A stretch of 64,000 bases of DNA, taken from the NCBI RefSeq assembly GCF_009834535.1, contig NC_045696.1:6078001-6142000 (forward strand). The letters run 5' to 3'. The notes under the pieces are model-generated. The model ran no database searches. It was not told where the DNA came from and worked only from the letters and a program-made list of their open reading frames with translations. Both the position numbers and the translations under genes were made by a program. Below, piece after piece: positions 11,629-25,066 of the stretch. This stretch comes from Camelus ferus (Eukaryota). Position 1 is the stretch's first letter; each line of letters opens with the position of its first letter.

Positions 11629-14089
11629 CCTAAATCCGGAGTTATCCGGATAATTGAGATACTGCTGCACCTTAATGTTTCCAGGTACCCGAGGGTTTCC
11701 AGGTATCACCCTTGCATGGGTCAGGGGCAGGGTCTTCACGGCTGAAGGAACCGGGTGCAGGGAGGATTATTTCTGGCAGATTGAAATTATTCTGATGGCT
11801 TCTCCATGTGTATTCAGGCCTGGATCAGAAATCACAGGTCAGGAAGGAGCTTCATAAACGGAATACGGATCCATAGTAAGTTACCATGGAGATGTGGAAA
11901 GTATGCTACTTTTTTTTTTTTTAACTATAGCAGAAAATACTGACTCATTGGGGCTGCAGTTCCAGCTAAAAGAGGGTCTTTTCCCCCAGGCTACTCACAC
12001 AGCCCTGATGGTGTCTGAGAAGCTTCGTGCAGACAGCCATGCGGTCAAGTTCGGTTGCCCGAAGTGGGTCTGTCTTGTCCACAGCACCTGCTTCTGCGCC
12101 CACAGGTGTCCAGTGCTTGGTGATCAGGGGTTCAGAGTCACTTTCCTCCTTGAAGAGCTGATGCAGGCCGGGGAGAGGTGGAGTTTCCGACATATCTGAG
12201 CAGAAAGATGTCAAAAGAAGAGGTACTGGAATTTGGAGACAATCTGTTCCTGACGAGCAACTTTTGCTCAGCTCTAACTCGCTAAACCTTGGGCCAGTTT
12301 TCACCTCTGTAGAAGCAAGTGGGATTATGGAACCTGCAATTGGGTTGTGATGGGCATTTACAAATATGTAAAGTACATGTTGAGCACATGGGCGAGAAAG
12401 GCTCAGAATGATATAGCTACTGAGTGTCTTTTTCTAAGCTTCTCTCTGGGGGCAGTTTATGAAAAAACTCTTTAAAAATATATTATAAACATGGGGGAAA
12501 AAAGCCAGCCCTACCCTCTCGGATGTAAATGCGTGAAACCTCATAGGAAATAATCTATCCAGGCTGCACAAGCTGCAGAGCTGAAAAGGGTGCAGAGGCT
12601 GCAGAGAGGAAGCCAGAGTCACACACAAGCCTGGACTCTTTGACTCCCACCCAGGCCTCTGCGGCTCCCCGAGTCCCCTTCCGAGGAGCCCTGGGCTCAC
12701 CCAAGCAGCCCCCTTGCCCTGGGTCCTGCTTGATGGTTGACCCCCTCTAGCCTTGGGCGGTCACACGCTCATAGTAAAATGGTTTATCTGATTTCTGGGA
12801 CCATATCAAGGTTTTTAACATTTTTTTATTTCCTGTTATTAGTCGGTTTCCTAGTTACTCGGCAGAACTAAAACCCGGCCCGGCTGAAGCCTGTCATTAT
12901 TCATTGAATATTACGACTTGATTCACAAGGAACATCAGGTTTTCCACTAAATTAAACCTAATAAAAGTACGGCCCTTGTACTTCAAGATCAAAAGTCGAA
13001 GGTGTTAGAAGGAAATTAAAAGTCAGGAGGCATATGGGGTGAAATGCCCAGATACGCCATTTCACCCTGAGTTTAAAAGTAGTCTTAATGCTTTCCTTAA
13101 GAAAGGGGGAAGTTCATAAAAGAGGAGAGGAAAGCGGGTATTACAGTAGAATGTATGCGTTGTTAATACTAAATGTCTAGAGAGTAAAATGCAGATTAGG
13201 GTTCTTTAGAATCCAGACATAATTATTAAAATGATGAGCTTACCAAGTCGTCCTGTAAAAAACAATAATGAAAACGTTTCCCTAGAAACACATCTGTATT
13301 TACTTTCCAGTCCAAATCAGTAGTCAACAGACAGTTGGAAGTGGTTTCCAGTTGCAAGTTAAACAGACGTCATTTGGTTTGAGGTGTATCATTTATTCAT
13401 TCAGCAAACACAGTGTCAGCTGCTGAGGAGACGGATGAGTAAGGGCTTAGTCCCTGCCCTCAAAGAAGTAAAAATGAGGTACCCAGTTCTGCAGAAATCA
13501 CACACTACTGTGAAACTTTGGAAATCCTGGAGGCTGGGGGCCAGTGGAGGAGAAAATGCCCTTGGAGGCAGAAATAATATAATTCATGCATATTCTGAGA
13601 CCCTGTGTGTCCTTTGCTGACCATTCATCCTGCAGTCACTGGGTGGTATCTGTCTGCAGTTATTCCAGAGACATGTTGGGGTCGAGGAACAGATGAAACG
13701 AAGCTTTATAACTGCCCTTCCCTGCCCCCGTCTATCCCCACAACACACAACAAACATGCACACGACACAGACACCATCCAGCTGCCCTCTGTCCTTACCC
13801 ATCTGCCGGCCAGCACAGGTACCAGGATCCAGGCCAACCTTGGGTCACCTAGCACCATCCCCAACAAGATGGTCCCAAACTCTACAAGAGCCGGAAGTGT
13901 CTACCCTCTTCTTTACGATGCCCGGGAACAGCAAACGTGGGTGTCTCCCCGAGGTCAGAACCTCTCCTAATGTCCGGTGTTAATTTCCTCTGCTTGTTGG
14001 CATCCTCCCTTATTTGTCCCTTGGGTTCCCCGTGGACAGGCAGGCAGGCATGATAACTATCTAGGGCCTGTGGTCTTATCCTCTGACGG

Positions 14090-14330
14090 GTAGCCTGTGG
14101 GGTCAGACTCCCTGGGGTTAAATCCCAGCTCAGCTTTTCACTAGCCATCCCATTGAGGCCCCGGCAAATTCCTTAGCCTCGCTGGGTCTCAGTCCAGAGA
14201 AGTTTCCTTCTCTGTCCAGTTTGCATAACAGTGGGCCTTTTCTCTTTGGGCTACCTGACAGTTCAATGAGTTAAGATCTCTTAAGCACTCAGAACAATGC
14301 CCGGCACATAATTAAGTTCAAGGTGGTGAT
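14090..14330 (+). mobile_element. MIR SINE relic
   Basis: gggttaaatcccagctc...ggcaaattccttagcctc...aagcactcagaacaatgcccggcacata resembles the MIR core and tail. Confidence 0.6.
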
Positions 14331-14718
14331 AAATGAGCAGCAGCCCCCCTGGGACTGGGACAGGCGAGATGGTCCAGCCAATCCGTTCACCCACCTCTGA
14401 TCCTTGCCTTGTTCTACGCTCTAAGCAGGATCTTGTTTCCACAACAAGAACTAAGACCAAGACCGATGCCGCCAATAGGAGCCCCCATTCCACTCTAGTC
14501 CTCGTGCCTTTGGTGACAAGAGACCAGCAGATGAAACACTGAATTTTAAAATTGGAAAAAACTTTAGAGGTAATGCATGAGCCCAACTGCTGTCGTTATA
14601 AGGAAACTGAGGTCCAGAGGAGATTAATTCGCTGTCCGCAGTCATCTGATGATTTCCCGGCTGGGCTGGGGCCACCGTCCAGTCCTGCCCCCACTGCCTC
14701 CCTGACGCAGCTGTGTTC

Positions 14719-14728
14719 CCTTATAAGG
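14719..14728. promoter_or_regulatory. CArG box (SRF motif)
   Basis: CCTTATAAGG is a palindromic CC(A/T)6GG within a motif cluster. Confidence 0.5.
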
Positions 14729-15692
14729 CAGTGCTTCTGGAGTATATAAACCACCTTCAAAATCCACTGTGATATGAAGCTGCCGGATGACATGCTTCAG
14801 GCAAGTCTGAACAACGAAAATAGTAAGAGGAACCCGTTGCGTTCTGCAGAATTGATCATCCCTAAATAAATGTGTCTGAAGTGTGAGTCAGACCTGCACA
14901 GATATATGATTTTGCAGTTGTGTGTATTTTTTTTTTTCTGAATCACAAAATGATCCCCAGTATATTGGTCTGAATAACGCTCCAGGCACCAACCTGATTT
15001 ATTTATTTGGCCCACTGGGCACCAAACCGCTAGTCTTCACACAAGCGAAGAGTTAGTCACTGCTGTGCCAGTCGGTCTAGCACATGGTTAAGTAATGATT
15101 AAGTTAATTTGCCTGCCGCTTTTGGTGACAAAATGAAACCTGGATTAGCATTTTTAAAACTCAGTAACATGACAGACGTAGCAGCATGTGAATAAATCAC
15201 TAAAATGTTGGGATATTTATGTTACATTCATTCTTTTGAGGAATGGCTTTCCAGTGGGTACAAGATTTTTTTCCCCACTTCTTCGCATTTATGAATCTTG
15301 GTGTCTTCGTCTGTTTCAGACCTGCTGAGCTGTGAGTATCTCTGGTTTCTCGCCGTTACATGAATCAACTCTTCTCATTAAAGCTGATGCTGGTTTTGCC
15401 TCTAAATGCCAGACTTTGGTTGGTTGAAGGTGCCTTTGTTAGGTTGAGGGTGAGGAGGAGAGCCCACCCTCTACTGGGAGAACCAGCCGCACTCATCTTC
15501 TGGAAGATTCTCCCAGAATGCCGCAGGAATCGCCCCAGCCCTCCCAGCAAAGAAACATCCCTTCACTTGCCACCTTCATCAAAACAAGGTTGACTGGCAG
15601 GACTTGCTGTCAGAACACCTAGCAGGGACACCCCCACGCCCCTCGACGCCTGGAGAAACGACAGGTGGTGGGACCAGATCTCAGTAGCCATC

Positions 15693-16270
15693 TTTTTTTT
15701 TTAAGCATTTCTTATTGATTTATAATCACTTTACAATGTTGTGTCAAATTCTAGTGTTCAGCACAATTTTTCAGTCATACATGGACATATACACACTCAT
15801 TGTCACATTTTTTCCTCTGTGATTCCCTGTGCTATACAGTATAATCTTGTTTATCTATTCTACAATTTTGAAATCTCAGTCTATCCCTTCCCACCCTCTG
15901 CCCCCCTGGCAACCACAAGTCTGTATTCTATGTCTATGAGTCTATTTCTGTCCTGTATTTACGCTTTGTTTTTTGTTTGTTTGTTTGTTTTTGTTTTTGT
16001 TTTTTAGATTCCACATATGAGCGATCTCATATGGTATTTTTCTTTCTCTTTCTGGCTTACTTCACTTAGAATGACATTCTCCAGGAGCATCCATGTTGCT
16101 GCAAATGGCGTTATGTTGTCGGTTTTTATGGCTGAGTAGTATTCCATTGTATAAATATACCACATCTTCTTTATCCAGTCACCTGTTGATGGACATTTAG
16201 GCTGTTTCCATGTTTTGGCTATTGTAAACAGTGCTGCTATGAACATTGGGGTGCAGGTGTCATCTTGAAA
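15693..16270 (-). mobile_element. Young 5'-truncated LINE-1 3' end (ORF2 C-terminus, 3' UTR, poly(A))
   Basis: ORF 16004..16246 (MFIAALFTIAKTWKQPKCPS...EYYSAIK...SEVSQKEK) is the L1 ORF2p C-terminus. The poly(T) at 15693 is the tail, and there is an internal (GTTT)n at ~15965-16005. Confidence 0.93.
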
Positions 16271-16534
16271 TTCTTAACACTTAAAAATAAAAATAAGGGG
16301 CTTTTTTCCATTTCGCACTGGGCCTGGCAAATTATACAGCTGGTCTCAGGTGGGACACTTCCTCCCAGGGCTTTCCCCACACGCAGGGTGCCAGCAGCTG
16401 CTTCTGCTACACAGAACACGGCAGACAGGTGGCTGCCAGTCCCCTGCTCCCGAGGCAAGTCCGGGCCTTTGTGTTAGTCTCACTTGGTGTCTTCAAACTA
16501 CACACTACATGCTGTAGAAACACACATAAACACC

Positions 16535-16860
16535 TTGCTTGGGATATAATTCACAGATCATCACATTGGCCCATTTAATGTATGATTTTCAGAATATTCA
16601 CAGATATGTACGACCTTCAGCCCTGTCGATTTGAGAACATTTTCATCACTTCAAAAAGAAATCCTGTTCCCGTTAGCTGTCACCCCATCAGCCCTTCGAT
16701 CCTCTAGCCCTGAGTAACCACTGATCTGCTTTCTGTCTGCCTGTTCTGGGCATTTCTTACGAATGGAGTCTTTTGTGATTGGCTTCTTTCACTCAGCAGA
16801 CAGTTCTCAAGGGCCATCTGTGTGTCCGTACTTCATTTTTCTTTATAGCCAATATATATT
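16535..16860 (-). mobile_element. Older L1M (L1MB-like) 3' UTR fragment
   Basis: tttgagaacattttcatcacttcaaaaagaaatcctg...accactgatctgctttctgtct...tggcttctttcactcagc matches old L1 3' ends. Confidence 0.7.
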
Positions 16861-17760
16861 TTATCATCTCCAATTATCTGGTTTCTGTTGGCAGGTACCT
16901 GTGAAACTGCTGACTTGTCAATGAGTCTTAGAGCATCTTTAACACCCTGAGAAGGGTGGGGGGGCGCTGATTCTCTCTTCCTGGACCCGCCTGGGCAGAG
17001 GAGGAGGAAGAAGTGAAGCCAGAGTCGGGATGGGAGGGGCCTGGGCTGTTCCAGACAGCCCATCACTGGACTTCGTTCAGGTCCCACCTGTCCTCCCCCG
17101 GCAGCGGCCCTCCTAGGTGTGGGCCACCCCAGGAACAGTGGGCCTTCCTCATGGGAGGGAGACCAAGGAGGCCCTCCCCTCTCTGAGCTGGCACGCATGT
17201 TTCTTTGAAAGGAGAAGAATGTTTGACTGAACTTAGCAAGTGGTGTCATTGTATCTTCTTGTTTAAATCACCCTACCCTTTGGTGTTTGTATAGAAAAAA
17301 ATGAGTAAACCATTTCCCTACAAGAAGCCCCTGATCTAGTTTAGGGGAAAACAAACAGCCATTTGACATTTTGTTCCTTCATTCCAGTTTTATGGAGATA
17401 TAATTGGCATCATTTGACACTTTTAAAACGACTTTTCAGTGTGACTTGTGAATTTGACTACTTCTCATTGCTAAAGACTTCTAAGCCTTATGTTGTTCTC
17501 AACACAGCAGCCAGAGGGATCCTGTTGAGTCATCAGTCAGTCCTGTCCCTCCTCAGCTGAAACCCTCCAATGGCCCCGTGCAATTCAGAGGAAAAGCCTG
17601 AGGCCCCGGCAGGCCTCCTGAGGTCCCGGGACCTGGCCTCTCTCTGTCTCTGTCACCTCTCCTCCCTCCCCATCCTGCTGCTCCTCAGGGTACCACCTGA
17701 CCTCCCCCAAACACCTTTCCTGGGAAAGCTCTTCTTCTGTCTAAAGCTTCCACCATTTGT

Positions 17761-17920
17761 GGGGAGGGTACAGCTCAGTGGCAGAGCACTTATGCGCTTC
17801 TGCTCAGCATGCATGAGGTCCTGGGTTCAATCCCCAATGCCTCCATCTAAATAAATAAATAAACAAACAAACAAACAAACAAACCTGTCCTCCCCCCAAA
17901 AAGACACATAAAAATAAAAT
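17761..17920 (+). mobile_element. tRNA-derived SINE (camelid Vic-1-like)
   Basis: Head ggggagggtacagctcagtggcagagc (A box) and gtcctgggttcaatcccc (B box), followed by an (AAAT)n(AAAC)n and A-rich tail. Confidence 0.85.
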
Positions 17921-19007
17921 TTCAGCCTTTCCTCATCTGACACGGCATGATGTTTTCCCCCCAGGCCCTTGAAATTAATGTTCTTTACATTTTACTTTTT
18001 CACGCTGTTAATTTTCTGTCTACCTTCCCAGCATGAATTCTGCTCCATGAGGGCAGGGATGGTATCCGTTTTGTGCCCTACTTTCCTGCGGTGCTCAGAA
18101 CAGTTCCTGATGCTGCACTCAGTAAATATTTGCTGAGTAAATGACGCTAAGGAGCTCTGAGGACGAGTTTTTGTTACCTCTCCAAGAAACACATAAAATG
18201 TTGGTCGGTAAGTATGGATGTATGTGTTAAAAGTGTCACCAACCACAGGAGGCAAATGCATGATGTGATGTCTTTCGTCATACTCTGCTGAAGCAGTAAA
18301 AACCAGAATAGTGGTGGGAAGATGCATTTTTATATTTCTTTATACTTTTCTTAGGTTTACCTTCTACGACTTTACTTATTTTGAATAGCATGACTATTTC
18401 TTGCTTAAAGGACTTGCCCAAAGTCACAGAGCAAACTTCAAAGTGATTCAGGACTAAAATCCCCCGAATTTTTCATTGAGAGTGTTTTCCCACTGAAGTA
18501 AATAGAATAGCACCTCGCATGTGCGCAGCCCTTGACAGCTAACACATGGTTTCACAGACGCCGCTGCCCTGTCCCTTGCCCCGGGGTAAGCAGGACATGC
18601 CCAGTTATCCCTGGTTAACCAGGGAGGGAACTGTGACTCAGCCTGGCCAGCATCTTGCCCTGTGGCCGGTAGGCCAAGCTGAGGGCCAGGACCGGACCTC
18701 TGCTCTTGTAGTGACTTGATGACAGACCAAGCCATCTGACTTCCTTGTGCTTTGCAGACCACGACTTGACCCTCGGCATTCAAGGCTGTCATGTGGGTCG
18801 GCTCCATCGTGTGAGGGCAACCCGAAGTCCCCGGGTGGGCTGGGTTTTAAAACTTGGCTGAGATGCGTGTCTCAAGGGCTGCAGCCGTGCGGCTATTGAG
18901 GGCACATCGCCCACTCACTGCCCAGCATGCATTCCGCCTTGACTTGGGTGGGTTCCCCTCTCCTGGCCTGTGCAGTAACTCTCCACAAGGGGTAACAGTC
19001 ATGTCCT

Positions 19008-19454
19008 TGAAGTCGTTCGAATGGTGACCCCCCTCCCCAAAGTTATGTCTGCATCCTAACCCCTGGCAGATGTGACCTTATTTGGAAAAAAATAAAGTTT
19101 TTGCAGACACAGTTATTGAAGAATCTCAAGATGAAATCATGCTGGGTTATCCCAGCAGGCCCTCAATCAAATGACAAGTGTCGAGGAGAGACACAGGGAG
19201 AAGAGAAAGCCACGGGAAGATGGAGGCATGGTCTGGAGTGATGCAGCCATAAGCCAAGGAGCACCTGGGGCCACCAGAGGCTGGAGGAGGAGGCAGGAAG
19301 GATCCTCCCCTGAAGCCTTCAGAGGGAGCCCGGCCCTCCTGGCACCTTGATTCTGGACTTCTGGGCTCTAGAACTGTGAGAGAATGAATGCCTGTTTTAC
19401 CAAGCCACGGAGCTGGTGGTGACTTGGTACAGCAGGCCAAGGGGAACTCATTCA
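19008..19454 (+). mobile_element. MaLR LTR (MLT1C-like)
   Basis: tgtgaccttatttggaaa...ggagtgatgcagccataagccaaggagcacctggggccaccagaggctgga...caccttgattctggacttctgg.ctctagaactgtgagagaat, with TG...CA ends. Confidence 0.85.
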
Positions 19455-20569
19455 ATCCTCTTGTGAGATGAGACCCTGAAAAGAGAGCAGAAAGGAGAAA
19501 CCAGGGATGAAGTCCAGAGATGATGCATTCTAAAAAAGTGTGGGGGTCTCTGAGAGAAAGAAAGTTCTGAGTAAGTTTAAAAAAGAGGGTAAAGAGTGAA
19601 ATACTGAATTAAGCAGTGACTTGGATCTTTGACATCCTCTACAAGAAAATGAGGAAGGGGGGTGGTTTATGAAACTGCTTTACCAAATGCTCCAGCCAGT
19701 GGGAGCCACGTGCGTTTATGGTAGCAATTACATGTTGGAATCCTCAGTCTTGAGGGTGAGTCACCATCACAAGTCATGTGAAAAAAAATCATAAAAATAA
19801 AAGAATAAGAGCTTAGAGTTCAGATCAGTTACATGTTAATAGTGATGTGACGTGATCAGCAGCCGGAAGATGAGACAGTACCAGAGGTCATCTTTGGCTG
19901 AGGACATTCTCTGTTCATCCCTAGGTTCTCCTGGTTGGGCTCTGTACCCCCCACCCCTGCCCTAAATTTGGATCTGATCCTGTCCCTGTTCCTGAGTTGG
20001 GAAGAGAACTGGGCTGGCCACCTGGACTTTTGGACAGGGACCAAAAGTACACCAATGGCAGCCCCATGGTCTGGTGGGCATTGGACCCAGGGTCACTGCT
20101 GGGTCCCGAGAAGCCCCCTGGTCCCTGCTCTTCTTGCACCAGGACCTCCTCCTTCTCTCGCCTCTGGTCTCCAGGATGGAGCTTCTGCCTTGGTCTCATT
20201 TCTTCAGTTCAATCTTCTCTTCTTCCTGGTGTCCTCCGTCCCCTCCCTGACCAGAAGCCTGTCAAAGTTGCCAGCCGAGGACAGTCCCATACAGTGACTG
20301 ACTGTCTACCTCTCCTCTGTGCGTGAACTGCACCGGGCTATCCTTCCAACCTACCTGCTAGCAGGTGCGAGTGTTATTGTGGGCCCCCGGGGCTGTCTTC
20401 GCACACTCCATCACAGACTGTGGAGAACGGCAGGAGGGCCAGCCAGGTGCCTGCACTGGGAGTAAAGATCCAGGACCAGGGTGCCTTGAACCAGTGACTT
20501 AATGGTGGAGATGGAGAAAAGGATCTACCATCCTAGGAACCGGTCCCACCAGTCCCAGTTGCTCAAGAC

Positions 20570-21345
20570 AAAGCCCTGGGGGTCCTCCTTGGTTTCTCTT
20601 CTTCCTCAGCCCCGGAAACCATCAGCAAATCCTGTGCACCCTGCTACTTCCATGACATAGCTCAAATCCAACTACTTCTTTCTCTTTCTGCCTCTATAGT
20701 CTTGTTACCATTTGCCTCATCTTGACTGTGCGTCGGTCTTCTAAGTGTGGAGGACCCCTTCGCCCCAGCTCTCCTATGACTCATCTTTCACCCAGCAGTC
20801 AACCCAGTCTTGAAAAAGTAAATCCGGGAATGCTGCCTCCTCCAAAACTTCTCATTCCACATAGAATAGAATCCCTACTTTGTACAGTGCCCTAGAACAC
20901 CTGGCCACACCTCCTCTCCCATCATTCTCCTCCTTCCTCATCATACTCCAGTACCCCAACCTCTGTCTATTCCTGGAACACCCAAACTGCTCCCACCCCA
21001 GGGCCTTTGCACTCGCTCTTCTCTGCAAGGCTCTTTGTCCTGTCTCTGCATCCAGGATAACCACCACTGGCTGTCCTCCTGACCCCCGATCAGAAGGAGC
21101 CTCACTGTCCTATCACCATTACATCACACTGGAAACACTTTTCCTAGCATTCAGCACTTCAAAAATTATCTGGTTAATTTATGTGTTTATTTTATTTTAT
21201 TGTCCTTCTTCCCCATATTAAAGCACCAGGTCAGCGAGAGCAGAACCCTTGTCCATGTTGCTCATTGTGTCACGCGGCACCTTCAACAGCATCTGGTGTG
21301 TTCTAGGTCTTGATGAATGCAACTTCTGTGAACGAATAAATGAAT
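20570..21345 (+). mobile_element. L2 LINE 3' relic
   Basis: ccatcagcaaatcctgt...cagggcctttgcactcgct...tgtgaacgaataaatgaat matches L2 3' motifs. Confidence 0.65.
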
Positions 21346-21939
21346 CTGGCTAGATTCAGTGAGCCATTCCTGTCTCTCAGATCTTTATGACTCCCGAGTT
21401 TTATTATCCAAAGGCTCTTCCATCACTAGCCACTCTGAGTCACCTATAACCTTGATAAGCAAGTTGTTGAACAAACAGTGACTAAGACAAAGACCATGGT
21501 ATGTCCCTAGGACTCTCCCTCTGGGTGACAATAACCTGGGATGATGAACTCTTCTTGTACAACTGCTCTGGAAGATACGAGACCCTGGTTGAAATATCCT
21601 GCTGAAGAGGAAACAACATCTGGCACATTCGCCTTTTCTGCTTCTCCATAACCTGTCAGATCCCACTGACAGCTTGTTTTCATGAAATCTTAGTGACCCC
21701 GAGGCCCTCACTCAGTTGGGTGTGCTTCCTGACTCAGTCCTGCCAGAGCAGTTGTGAAGTGTCCACTTCGGCCCAGATGTGTGCTGCACATGGCCTCTGT
21801 TCCTGCACTGACGTGGGTGGTGGACGCCTCGCAGCTGCTCTCCACCCAACAGGTGGTTGCAGAGCCCATGGGCCAAGGATGGGTGGCTCTCAGAGCCTTT
21901 GGTACAGAGACAGAGTTTCTCAACTGATTGACCCCTTAA

Positions 21940-22340
21940 AATACAGCAAAAGCCCTTAAACATAACATGTTAGGAACAAAATGCCACATATACAGGGGCT
22001 TAAATGAGATAGAAGTTTACTGTTCCCTGGCACAACACTTAGGGAAGATGGCCCAAGGCTGGTTTTGGTGGCTCAGAGACATTGGGACCTAGGCTCCTCC
22101 TATCTCACTCTGCCCTCGTCCCCCCTGGCTGACAATGTCTCATACCATGTCTACCTACCTTCCTGGGAAAGGAGGGAGGAGAAGCAGAGGCACTTTGCTT
22201 TAGGGACATGATTCAGAATTGCACATGGCAGTCCTGCTCATTCCCATGGATCGGGGCTTGGACACATGACTTCCTCTAGCTGCAGGGGAGGCTGGGAAGC
22301 GTAGTCTTCAGCTGGATGAGCCTGTGATGAGAATGGACAC
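21940..22340 (-). mobile_element. Old MaLR LTR relic (MLT1J/K-like)
   Basis: ggggcttaaatgagatagaagtttac...ctagctgcaggggaggctgggaagcgtagtctt. Confidence 0.5.
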
Positions 22341-22704
22341 CCATGGAGGGGCAGAGGCTCAGCTACAGCCCTCCCTGCAACAAGCCCCGCCCCCTGGGGT
22401 ATTTTCCTGTCCACCAGGGACATTCCTCGGGCTCTTCTATCTCTTGTCCTCTCTGAATCAATCTGGAATTGGAATTGTGCATTCTCGCTCCTCGATTTCC
22501 CTAACAATCAATCTCTTCTTTCTATTCTTAGGGATCTAAGAGGGACAGGCACGATAGTGTCTGGCGGTCCATTCCAATCAGATGCCCTCCCTCTGATGTC
22601 TTCCTTTCAGTGACTACTGCATCAAGCGTCCCAATATGCTGCCTAACCCGTTGCTCTGATTACGTTAGTCCCTGCTCACAAAAGTTCAATGCCTCCACGC
22701 TGCT

Positions 22705-22915
22705 CTTTTTTTTAATATACATTTTTATTGCAGTATAGTCACTTTACAATGTTGTATCAATTTCTGGTGTACAGCATAATACTTCAATCATACATGAACA
22801 TATATGCATTCATTTTCATATTCTTTTTCACCGTAAGTTACTACAAGATACTGAATATAGTTCCCTGTGCTATACAGTATGAACTTGTTGTTTATCTGTT
22901 TTATGTATATTTGCA
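22705..22915 (-). mobile_element. Short L1 3' UTR tip with poly(A) and probable TSD
   Basis: tttttattgcagtatagtcactttacaatgttgtatcaatttctggtgtacagc...ttccctgtgctatacagta, flanked by ctgctctt at 22700-22707 and 22916-22923. Confidence 0.8.
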
Positions 22916-24364
22916 CTGCTCTTAAAATGAAACCTAAGAGCTTGGCCTGGCTTCCCTCTGCATTGCCAGCTTCATCTCCCACTCTCCTCCCCTACCCACC
23001 TGGTGAGCCTCAAGATCCAGCCAAGGGAAGAGGAAGAGAAGGAGGAGAAAAGAGAAGAGAACTTCACTGAGGGCTTTCTGTAATCGTCGTTGCTGTGGTC
23101 TGAAGGCTTGCGAGGCTCCCAGATTCATATGCTGAAACCTAACCTTCCTTGAGATGGTATTTGGAGGTGGGGGGTTTGGGGGTGATTGGGTCCTGAGGGC
23201 TCTGCCCCATTTCGCACAGTGGTTCTTATGTAACCTCCCTGGTTTTGAACAGACTCCTGGGTCTTAACTCCTGGGCTGTGATGGTCAGTGTTGCCTGTTT
23301 CTCCCTAGAGATTCTAAGCTTCCTTAAGGTCCAGAAACTTCCCTTTCGCCTAGACCTTGAGTGTCCACGGGTGAAGAAGCACCAGGGTCTCTTAGAGGAG
23401 TCGTCGGTGGTTACTTCCAGGTGGGAGAGGCTGAGACTGAAACGGACTCCACGAGCCCAGTGGGTGCTAGGGTCCCAGCTGGCCTGATTGCAAAACCATC
23501 TCTTCATTCCTAGAGATTTCCGCAGGAGACAGCGGGCCTGGTGTCTGGTTGTGGTTACTGAATCATAGACTTGGCAGGAGCAAAACAGTGGGTGGCCCTC
23601 AGAAGGCATACCTAACACAGCTGGAAACCCTCCAGGTCTGGTGAACGGGGTCTGACCTGTGTCACCACACTGAACTTGGAAGGCTCTCAGTGGATCCCAA
23701 GGCCTGTATCTGTTCACAGACCCCGAGCTCTCACACCGCCCTCATGGATCAGAGCCTTCCTGCTGAGCTCCTCCACAGGGCTCTGAGTTCATTTACTGGG
23801 AACCTGTGCATCTTCCAGGGTAAGCTGGACACAGGCTGTCTGTTAATACCAGCCCCGGGGGACTCAGATACTTCTGGGTTTTGCTGGAGAATGGGCTGCC
23901 TTGTGGGTCAGGTAACAGAGCCATGTGACCCAGGAAGCTATGACAGGAAGCTGGGGCTTTGCCACCACCATGTGATCTTGAACAGGACCTTTCACTTCCG
24001 ATGCCTTGGTTTCCCCCATAAAACAGAGATAATGCAACCTGCTCTGTCAATGGTACCTGCCCCTGCTTCCCTTCTCTCCCCCCGCCACAGATATTTATCA
24101 AGTGCCTGCCACGTGCCAGCCCCAGTTCTGGGCAGCCTGGGATACATTAATGAACAAAATAGACAAATATGTCAGCCCTCATGGAGTTTATATAAGGACA
24201 GGGGAATACACGTGACAAATAAGAAGCATAATGAGTCAGTATCTAGTAATTAAAATGACAGTAAGTTCATAGATGGGTAAAAAAAGGAAAAACAAGCAAA
24301 CAATGACAAGGCAAGGAAATTCAAATTACAAATGACAAAGTCTCCTTAAGATGGTCTAATGCAC

Positions 24365-24835
24365 TGGGTGTCAAGCCTTTTTGTCTCAGGATTCCTCTGC
24401 ATTCTTAAAATTTCTTGTTTATGTGGATCCTATACAGTTTTTTACCATATTAGAAATCAAAACTGGAAGGTGTTGAAAATATGTGTTTGTTTTAAAATAA
24501 TGACAATCAACCTATTACATGCACACATGAATAACATTTCTTAATGAAAAGTAACTATATTTTCTAAAACAGCAAAACATTAGTGTGAAGCATGGAATTG
24601 TTTTATATTTCTGTGAATCTTTTTTGTGTCTGGCTTACTGGAAGGCATTTGGAGTCTCACATTTGCTTCTGAATTCAACCCCTCGCAGTATTACATCACA
24701 AAGCCACTGAAGGCCCTGTGAGAGAGAGGGAGTGAAAAAGGCAAAATACTTATGAAAGTTTTGACCTCACAGATGCTGGGGGAAAAGGGCTCAAGGATCC
24801 CTAGGTGCCCTGGACCACACTTTGAGAACCACTGC
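24365..24835. mobile_element. hAT-Charlie (Charlie1-like) DNA transposon relic
   Basis: Starts tcaagcc...tctcagg...cattcttaaaa and ends cctggaccacactttgagaaccactg, a Charlie-type TIR. Confidence 0.65.
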
Positions 24836-25066
24836 CCTGATGTATTCCAATCTCATTCTTCAGATGAGAAAACAGAGGCCGTGAGTGCGACAGTGTGTTT
24901 CTGAGGTCTCTCAGCTGATCAGTAGCACAGACTGAGGACCAGATGCACAACTTCTTACCGTAGCCCAAGAGTTTCTCCCCAGCAATAAGGTTTATTTGTT
25001 GCTTGATTATTTTAACACCAAGCAAATGACCAGGTATTTAATGGTGCTCCTAATGAAGGCACATCT

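Noticed and set aside
17761..17840. Possible tRNA gene
   Set aside because: A and B boxes are present, but there is no intact cloverleaf and there is an A-rich tail with sibling copies, so it is a SINE.
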